Shown piece by piece: positions 46,069 to 52,069 of a stretch of DNA of 52,069 bases. The notes under the pieces are model-generated. The model searched no databases. It saw nothing but the letters and a program-made list of their open reading frames with translations, and was not told where the DNA came from. Numbering within the stretch: the stretch's first letter is position 1; each line of letters starts with the position of its first letter. Position numbers and translations under genes: made by a program. Origin of the DNA: Hyphomicrobiales bacterium (lineage in GTDB: Bacteria > Pseudomonadota > Alphaproteobacteria > Rhizobiales > Beijerinckiaceae); the NCBI GenBank assembly GCA_031367295.1, contig JANLPP010000484.1, positions 1 through 52,069 of the forward strand, written 5' to 3'.

Positions 46069-46818
46069 ATGGTTGACGCTGACACTGCATTTTATCTGCT
46101 GACATTCTGCCTGTTTGCCGCCGCAGCCCTCTACACCTCGGTGGGGCACGCCGGCGCCTCCGCTTACATTGCGGCCATGGCGCTGTTCGGCATCGCGCCG
46201 CCGGTCATGCGGCCGACCGCGCTGGTGCTGAATATTCTGGTCTCGCTGTTCGCCTCCGTGCGTTACTACCGGGCGGGGCTGTTCCGCTGGCGCGGTTTCT
46301 GGCCATTCGCTGCGGGCGCGCTGCCGCTGGCGGCGATTGGCGGCGCGCTGCAGCTGCCGGGGCAGTATTACCGCCCGCTGGTCGGTGTCTTGCTGCTGGC
46401 CGCGGCAGCCCGGCTGCTGTGGCCAAGGGCGCTGCGGAAAAGCCCGGAGACCACCGATGTTCCGGTTGCCCATGGCGTGGCCATTGGCGGCGCTATCGGG
46501 CTGTTGTCGGGCCTCACAGGCACCGGGGGCGGCATTTTTCTGTCGCCGATTCTGCTGTTTATGGGCTGGTCGGAAACGCGCGCCGCTTCCGGCATCGCGG
46601 CGGTGTTCATACTGTGCAACTCCGTCGCGGGGCTGCTCGGCAATATTTCGTCGGTCAAGGCGCTGCCAGCCGGGCTGCCGTGGTTTGCCGCAGCGGTCCT
46701 GCTCGGCGCGGTGGCGGGCACGCAGTTTGGCATCGTGACCCTGGCGAAAGAGGGCGTGGTCAAAGCGCTTGGCCTCGTGCTGATCGTGGCGGGCATAAAG
46801 CTGATTGGTGTGTATTGA
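46069..46818 (+). CDS. TauE/SafE-family (DUF81) anion exporter
   Basis: 249 aa with 7-8 TM segments. SVGHAGAS... and GLTGTGGGIFLSPIL motifs. Confidence 0.85.
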   Translation: MVDADTAFYLLTFCLFAAAALYTSVGHAGASAYIAAMALFGIAPPVMRPTALVLNILVSLFASVRYYRAGLFRWRGFWPFAAGALPLAAIGGALQLPGQYYRPLVGVLLLAAAARLLWPRALRKSPETTDVPVAHGVAIGGAIGLLSGLTGTGGGIFLSPILLFMGWSETRAASGIAAVFILCNSVAGLLGNISSVKALPAGLPWFAAAVLLGAVAGTQFGIVTLAKEGVVKALGLVLIVAGIKLIGVY

Positions 46819-46889
46819 AGCGGCGGCGCAAAACGGGTCTGATCCCTGATCCCAAAGGCAGCGAGGATTGACACGAAGCGCGGACTTTT

Positions 46890-46968
46890 CCGTCCTTGCG
46901 AGCGCAGCCAAGCAATCCAGAGCCGTGCGTGAGGCCGCTGGATTGCTTCGCTGCGCTCGCAAAGACGG
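46890..46968. repeat. Large REP-like palindrome (31-nt arms, 2 mismatches, 17-nt loop) between convergent genes
   Basis: CCGTCCTTGCGAGCGCAGCCAAGCAATCCAG (46890-46920) pairs with CTGGATTGCTTCGCTGCGCTCGCAAAGACGG (46938-46968). From memory, the sequence type (translates as ...LRAQRSNP.../...LDCFAALAKT...) is a common Rhizobiales intergenic repeat. Confidence 0.75.
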
Positions 46969-47024
46969 CGTGGTGCGAAAACAGGTCAGAGGCAGCTGTT
47001 CTGCATGGTGGCGCGGTGGCGCAT

Positions 47025-48263
47025 TCAAGAGGCACGCACTGCGCCAAGGTCAGGTGCCCGCCTTCGAACCAGCCACAGTCCGGCAAGCGCAAGCGACGTA
47101 AATCCGGCACCCGCGAGGAATGTGGCCTGCGGGCCAATACTGTCCCACAGCGCCCCGGCGACAACGCTGGCCGCCAGCAGCGCCAGTCCGCCCAGCAAAT
47201 TGAAGACACCATAGGCCGTGCCCCGCAGCTCCGCTGGTGCCGTGTCGGCTATGAGCGTTGCCATAAGGCCTTGTGTAATGCCCATGTGCAGGCCCCAAAG
47301 CACGACACCCAGCGCAATACCTGTGAGGTTGCCGCAGAACGCCAGCGTTATGTCGGCGGCGATGAGCGTGGCAAAACCGATAGTCATCATGGTGAGCCGG
47401 TTGAAACGGTCAGACAGCACACCCGCCGGATAGGCCGCGAGCGCATAGACCACGTTCATCACCACCAGCACCAAAGGGACCAGAACGACCGGCAAGCCCG
47501 CAGCCTGCGCCCGCAAGATGAGAAACGCCTCGCTGAAGCGCGCCAGCGTGAACACTGTGGCGACTGCCACTACCAGCCAATAGGCAGAGCCAAGACGCCG
47601 CAGCTCCGGCAGGCTGAGCGGAAACTTCACCTTGCGCAGCCCGGCTGGCCGCTCCGGCTCCTGCACGGCGAACAGCAGCAGACCCAGCGACATAAATGCC
47701 GGAATAACCGCGACCCAGAAAACCATCTGGAAATTATTGGCGGTAAGCCACATCAGGCCGATGGCGAGCGCCGGCCCGGCAAATGCGCCGATTGTGTCAA
47801 GCGACTGGCGCAGACCAAAACTTGCGCCGCGCAGATGCTCGGGCGCAATGTCGGCAATCAGCGCGTCCCTGGGCGCGCCGCGGATGCCCTTGCCAATGCG
47901 GTCAATGAAGCGCGCCGCCACCAGCCAGCCCACCGTTGAAGCCAGCGGGAATACCGGTTTGGTGAAAGCTGCCAGTCCATAGCCGATGGCAGTCAGCAGC
48001 TTGCGCTTGCCGAGCCAGTCGGAGAGCACGCCGGAGAACACTTTGACAATGGAGGCGGTCGCTTCCGCGATGCCCTCGATGACGCCGACCGTCACCATCG
48101 ACGTGCCCATAACCGTCACAAGGTAGACCGGCAGCAGCGCATGAATGGTTTCCGAGGAAACGTCCATCAGGAGCGAGACAAAGCCGAGCGCCCAGATTGT
48201 GGGTGGAATGTCGCGCAGGCGCGACGCCGGGGTTGTTTTTTGGGTCATAGGCGACGTTGGCAC
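47025..48263 (-). CDS. MFS transporter
   Basis: 412 aa with 12 predicted TM-like segments. The LSDWLGKRK loop is typical of MFS motif A. Confidence 0.85.
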   Translation of the reverse strand: MPTSPMTQKTTPASRLRDIPPTIWALGFVSLLMDVSSETIHALLPVYLVTVMGTSMVTVGVIEGIAEATASIVKVFSGVLSDWLGKRKLLTAIGYGLAAFTKPVFPLASTVGWLVAARFIDRIGKGIRGAPRDALIADIAPEHLRGASFGLRQSLDTIGAFAGPALAIGLMWLTANNFQMVFWVAVIPAFMSLGLLLFAVQEPERPAGLRKVKFPLSLPELRRLGSAYWLVVAVATVFTLARFSEAFLILRAQAAGLPVVLVPLVLVVMNVVYALAAYPAGVLSDRFNRLTMMTIGFATLIAADITLAFCGNLTGIALGVVLWGLHMGITQGLMATLIADTAPAELRGTAYGVFNLLGGLALLAASVVAGALWDSIGPQATFLAGAGFTSLALAGLWLVRRRAPDLGAVRAS

Positions 48264-48535
48264 GGTTGATAGCTTTTACCTAGCGGCGGGGCGCCTCCGA
48301 CGAGGAAAAAACATTCGGGATTTTCGGGTCAAAACCTGACCGTGCTATAATCCAGGCTTGAGCCGCCACGGAAATCCGATGCTCAAATCCTCTATTGGAG
48401 CTTCGCGCAATGCCGGTTGGTCAATTTTCCGGCGTTGCGCCGGATGGTCTGGTGAATCTACATTAGTATTTCAGGGCCGAATCAGGCATTGCCGGTTTCC
48501 AGTCGGCCTCTCGTTGTTTGCGGATCAATGGCTTC

Positions 48536-49252
48536 ATGAAACCCCTCTTCACCCGCATCATTGTCAAACTCTCCGGCGAGGCGCTGATGGGGGCTGGGTC
48601 GCATGGCCTGCATGCGCCAACCGTCGAGCGCATCGCCAAAGACGTTGCGGCCGCCGCCAGGCTCGGCGTGCAGATCGGCATCGTTGTCGGCGGCGGCAAT
48701 TTTTTCCGCGGCATTCAGGGGGCTGACAAGGGCATCGAGCGGGCACGCGCCGATTCCATCGGCATGCTGGCCACGGTGATGAACGCGCTGGCGCTGGAGA
48801 CGGCGCTTGAGGCGGCGGGCCAGTCAGCGCGGGCGCTGTCCGCTATTCCCATGCCCTCGGTCTGCCAGCCCTATTCGCGCCAGGCGGCGCTCAATCATCT
48901 CGGCAAAAACCGGGTCGTCGTGCTGGGCGGCGGCACCGGCAATCCGTTCTTCACCACCGACACCGGCGCGGCCCTGCGCGCGGCCGAACTGTCGTGCCAG
49001 GCGGTGATGAAGGCGACGCAGGTTGACGGCATTTACACCGCCGACCCGAAAAAAGACAAAACCGCGAGGCGCTATGAGCGGCTGACCCATGACGAGGCGA
49101 TCAACAAATCGCTGGCGGTGATGGACACGGCGGCCTTTGCCATTTGCCGGGAGAACCGCATTCCGATCATAGTGTTTTCTGTCCAGGAGCCGGGTGCCAT
49201 CCGGGACGCGCTGCTGGGCAAGGGCAAATTCACGCTGGTCAGCCCGGAGTAG
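48536..49252 (+). CDS. pyrH: UMP kinase
   Basis: Start at codon 7 of the [14 protein letters not shown]...[10 protein letters not shown]...[17 protein letters not shown]...VDGIYTADP. Confidence 0.95.
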   Translation: MKPLFTRIIVKLSGEALMGAGSHGLHAPTVERIAKDVAAAARLGVQIGIVVGGGNFFRGIQGADKGIERARADSIGMLATVMNALALETALEAAGQSARALSAIPMPSVCQPYSRQAALNHLGKNRVVVLGGGTGNPFFTTDTGAALRAAELSCQAVMKATQVDGIYTADPKKDKTARRYERLTHDEAINKSLAVMDTAAFAICRENRIPIIVFSVQEPGAIRDALLGKGKFTLVSPE

Positions 49253-49343
49253 GGGCGCGGCGGCATTTTGCGGGAGCGGCAAGTGTGCTATTATTCAGGC
49301 AAATGCCGCCGCTGCTGACATCAGGAAAAAACAGGGGATAAAC

Positions 49344-49904
49344 ATGAGCGCCAAATTTGATCTGGCCGACCTCAAGCGGCGCATGCAGGGTTCGGTTGCC
49401 TCGCTCAAGCACGAGCTGAGCGGCTTGCGCACCGGGCGCGCCTCGCCAAACATGCTGGAGCCGGTCAAGATTGAGGTTTACGGGCAGGTTATGGCCCTCA
49501 ATGCGCTGGCTACCATCAGCGTGCCGGAGCCGCGCGCGCTCGCCGTGCAGGTGTGGGACAAGAGCAATGTCAACGCCGTGGACAAGGCGATCCGCAACGC
49601 CAACCTCGGCCTCAGTCCGACGATTGAAGGCAATGTGCTGCGCATCCGCATCCCGGAGCTGAACGAGCAGCGCCGCAAGGAGATGGTCAAGGTCGCGCAT
49701 AAATATACCGAGGACGCGCGTGTCTCGGTCCGCCACGTTCGCCGCGATGGTCTTGACGGCCTGAAAAAAGCGCTGAAGGACAAGACCATGAGCGAGGATG
49801 ACGAGAAACGCCATGTGACCGAAGTGCAGAAGGTGACCGACCAGATAATCGGCGAGATCGACACGGCGCTGGCGGCCAAGGAAAAGGAAATCATGCAGGT
49901 CTAG
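49344..49904 (+). CDS. frr: Ribosome recycling factor
   Basis: Start at codon 51 of ORF 49194..49904. [38 protein letters not shown]... Confidence 0.95.
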   Translation: MSAKFDLADLKRRMQGSVASLKHELSGLRTGRASPNMLEPVKIEVYGQVMALNALATISVPEPRALAVQVWDKSNVNAVDKAIRNANLGLSPTIEGNVLRIRIPELNEQRRKEMVKVAHKYTEDARVSVRHVRRDGLDGLKKALKDKTMSEDDEKRHVTEVQKVTDQIIGEIDTALAAKEKEIMQV

Positions 49905-49935
49905 CGCCTGCAGCGCGCGCGGGGCCAATCGCGCC

Positions 49936-50709
49936 ATGACCGCCAATCCTGCCAGCACTCGCGAACGCCCGCCGCCGCGCCATGTCGGACTGATCATGGA
50001 CGGCAACGGCCGCTGGGCGCTGGCGCGCGGCCTGCCGCGCATTGAGGGCCACCGGCGCGGGGTCGAGGCGCTGCGCCGCACTGTGCGCGCGGCGATCGAC
50101 CTCAACATCCGCTATCTCACCGTCTTTGCGTTTTCGGCGGAGAACTGGCACCGTCCGCTGGAGGAAGTGTCCTTCCTCATGGGCCTGCTCAAGCGCTACA
50201 TCCGCAATGACCTTGCCGACCTCAACGCCAATGGCGTGCGCGTGCGGGTCATTGGCAGCAAAGACGGGCTGTCCACCGAGATTGCCGGCCTGCTGGATGA
50301 GGCTGCGGCGGTGACGCGCGGCAATACCGGCCTTACGCTGGTTATCGCCTTCAACTACGGCGCGCGCCAGGAAATTGCCGGTGCCGTGCAGGCGATCGCC
50401 GAAAAAGTCGCGGCAGGCCTGCTTGCGCCAGCGGACATCACGCCCGAGATGATCGGTGATTATCTTGACACGCGCGACATTCCCGATCCGGACCTGATCA
50501 TCCGCACGTCCGGCGAGCAGCGCCTGTCGAATTTTCTGCTCTGGCAGGCAGCCTATGCCGAATTTGTGTTCCTTGATGTCAAGTGGCCCGACTTTGACCG
50601 TGCGGCGTTTGAGGCGGCGCTCGCCGAATATGCCGAGCGCAACCGCCGCTTCGGCGATGTGGCCCCGCCCGCCGCGCGGGTGCAGCGCAATGCAAAGACC
50701 GGGTCATGA
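49936..50709 (+). CDS. uppS: Isoprenyl transferase (undecaprenyl diphosphate synthase)
   Basis: [13 protein letters not shown]...[14 protein letters not shown]...[22 protein letters not shown]. Confidence 0.95.
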   Translation: MTANPASTRERPPPRHVGLIMDGNGRWALARGLPRIEGHRRGVEALRRTVRAAIDLNIRYLTVFAFSAENWHRPLEEVSFLMGLLKRYIRNDLADLNANGVRVRVIGSKDGLSTEIAGLLDEAAAVTRGNTGLTLVIAFNYGARQEIAGAVQAIAEKVAAGLLAPADITPEMIGDYLDTRDIPDPDLIIRTSGEQRLSNFLLWQAAYAEFVFLDVKWPDFDRAAFEAALAEYAERNRRFGDVAPPAARVQRNAKTGS

Positions 50710-51569
50710 GCGCCAGCGGGCCCGGGGGCAAAAACGCAGGCAAGCACGCAGGCAAGCACGCAGGCATGCCGGACCTCGCGCTGCGGCTCGGGTCGGCCCT
50801 TGTCATGATTGCCGCCGCGCTCGCGGCAGCCTGGTATGGCGGGCATGCCTTCACGCTGTTCTGGCTGGCGGCAGCGGTTGCCATCAACTGGGAATGGCAG
50901 GCGCTGTGCGGCGGCCCGCGGGGGTTTCTGCGGTTTGCGCTGGGCGGCGCTGCGCTGGCCGCCGCCGCGCCGCTGGCCATGCGGGGCGAGCCGGCCTACG
51001 CGCTGCTTGCCATCGCGGCAGGTGCGGCGGGCGCGGCGGCGCTGGCCTCGCCCGGCCCCCGGCTGTGGAGCGCGGCGGGTGTCGTCTATGCCGGCGTGCT
51101 GGTGGTCAGCCTTGGCGCGCTGCGCGGCTCGCTGTTTCACGGGTTTGAGGCGGTCCTCTGGCTGTTTGCTGTCGTCTGGGCAACCGACATCATGGCCTAT
51201 TTTGGCGGCCGCCTGATCGGCGGCCCAAAACTGTGGCCGCGCGTCTCGCCGTCCAAAACCTGGTCAGGCTTTGGCTGCGGCGTGCTCAGCGGCGCGCTGT
51301 GCGGCCTCGCGGTTGCACCCTCAACTTCCAACATCCCGGTTGTCGCCGGCCTGAGCCTCGCGGCGGCAATTGTGTCGCAGGGAGGCGACCTGATGGAATC
51401 CTCGGTCAAGCGGCATTTTGGCGTCAAGGACGCAAGCGCGCTGATCCCCGGGCATGGCGGGCTGATGGACCGCCTCGACGGTTTTGTCGCTGCCGCGCTG
51501 TTTGCCATGCTGGTCAGTGTCGGCCATGTCGGCTGGACCTCGGCGGCGACCGGCCTGTTTCACTGGTAA
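50706..51569 (+). CDS. cdsA: Phosphatidate cytidylyltransferase
   Basis: [31 protein letters not shown]...[30 protein letters not shown]. The start is either 50706 (ATGA overlap with uppS) or 50766. Confidence 0.9.
   Translation: MSASGPGGKNAGKHAGKHAGMPDLALRLGSALVMIAAALAAAWYGGHAFTLFWLAAAVAINWEWQALCGGPRGFLRFALGGAALAAAAPLAMRGEPAYALLAIAAGAAGAAALASPGPRLWSAAGVVYAGVLVVSLGALRGSLFHGFEAVLWLFAVVWATDIMAYFGGRLIGGPKLWPRVSPSKTWSGFGCGVLSGALCGLAVAPSTSNIPVVAGLSLAAAIVSQGGDLMESSVKRHFGVKDASALIPGHGGLMDRLDGFVAAALFAMLVSVGHVGWTSAATGLFHW
50734..50769. repeat. Three tandem copies of a 12-bp unit ACGCAGGCAAGC (third copy ACGCAGGCATGC)
   Basis: Read directly from the sequence. It is in frame (AGKH repeats) in the 5' end of the long cdsA reading frame. 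The A-to-T change in copy 3 creates the alternative ATG at 50766. Confidence 0.8.
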
Positions 51570-51737
51570 TCCAAAACTCCGGTAATCAGAAACGCCAGCG
51601 TTAATCTTAGCGGCAAAGATAGCCTTCGCCCTATCTTGGCCAAACGCCTCGCGTAGGGCACAGTAACGATCTGGTAACTATATGGCGGCGCATGCGGCAG
51701 GCACCCGGCCTCAGACGCGACCCGCCAGGAGGCGTAG

Positions 51738-52069
51738 ATGAATTTCTTCAGTCAACTCGCAGGGTCCGCCGGTGAACTCGGCCTGACCATCGCAGCATTC
51801 ATGTTTGTGCTGATTATCGTGGTTTTCTTTCACGAGCTTGGGCATTTCTGGGTCGGACGCCGCTGCGGCATCAAGGTTGACGCATTTTCCATCGGCTTTG
51901 GGCCGGAGCTGTTTTCCTTCACCGACCGCAAGGGCACGCGCTGGCGCTTCGCGCTGCTGCCGCTCGGCGGCTATGTCAAGTTCCATGGCGACATCAATGG
52001 CGCGAGCCAGCCGGACACTGCGGCCATCGCCGCCATGCCGGGGGAATTTTACAAGCAGACCTTCGCCGC
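51738..52069 (+). CDS. rseP: RIP zinc metalloprotease RseP, N-terminal part (continues past the right edge)
   Basis: AGGAGG RBS. MNFFSQLAGSAGELGLTIAAFMFVLIIVVFFHELGHFWVGRRCGIKVDAFSIGFGPELF... (HExxH in TM1). The position after cdsA is conserved. Confidence 0.9.
   Translation, partial: MNFFSQLAGSAGELGLTIAAFMFVLIIVVFFHELGHFWVGRRCGIKVDAFSIGFGPELFSFTDRKGTRWRFALLPLGGYVKFHGDINGASQPDTAAIAAMPGEFYKQTFA

Noticed and set aside
45724-47939. ORFs 45724..47028 (-, 434 aa) and 46896..47939 (+, 347 aa) spanning the tsf end, the palindromic repeat, and the TauE and MFS genes.
   Set aside because: They run antisense to well-supported transporter genes and straight through the 79-bp palindrome. Their composition is typical of shadow frames.

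Overview
This is a high-GC chromosomal segment. Its gene content, codon bias and intergenic hairpin-repeat families look alphaproteobacterial, probably Rhizobiales/Hyphomicrobiales-like, but that placement is inference only. I call 45 intact protein-coding genes (two run off the window edges) and one decayed gene remnant. I found no rRNA, tRNA, CRISPR array, transposase or integrase.

Layout:
- 0-7.5 kb: a ribose-type ABC sugar uptake and catabolism locus (TIM-barrel isomerase, SBP, ATPase, permease, RpiR, PfkB kinase, RbsD/FucU), with an AT-rich palindromic operator candidate upstream.
- 7.7-10.2 kb: an atypical SDR, ribH-nusB, and an orphan DUF2283 gene.
- 10.2-14.2 kb: a non-pyrrolysine MttB-family methyltransferase translationally coupled to a dimethylglycine-dehydrogenase-like flavoprotein.
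- 14.4-26.8 kb: a Wzy-type exopolysaccharide cluster (manC, priming phosphoglycosyl transferase, ExoP/GumC-like co-polymerase, Wzy-like polymerase, four glycosyltransferases, FkbM methyltransferase).
- 27-32.6 kb: glpK, a decayed 2Fe-2S gene remnant, an SDR, a signal-less PhnD-fold protein with an ArsB/NhaD/SLC13-type permease, and an orphan secreted protein.
- 32.6-38.5 kb: polA, a SleB-like hydrolase, an SDR and rph.
- 38.7-43.6 kb: an acyl-CoA dehydrogenase, ADP-forming acyl-CoA synthetase and DMT transporter operon, then a YgjP/M48-like peptidase.
- 43.8-52.1 kb: rpsB-tsf-[TauE, MFS]-pyrH-frr-uppS-cdsA-rseP.

I do not see a clear-cut novel defence-type or mobile system. The best candidates for undescribed biology are:
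- the corrinoid-less MttB plus DMGDH-like pair;
- the cytoplasmic PhnD-like protein coupled to an ion-transporter-type permease;
- the ExoP-like co-polymerase whose C-terminal BY-kinase domain has lost its catalytic motifs, in a cluster lacking a recognisable Wza or Wzx;
- the C-terminal extra domain on ribosomal protein S2.

Three families of structured intergenic hairpin repeats are present. One of them appears to have rewritten the 3' end of glpK.

All product calls come from reading the translated ORFs and recognising motifs. No database search was run.
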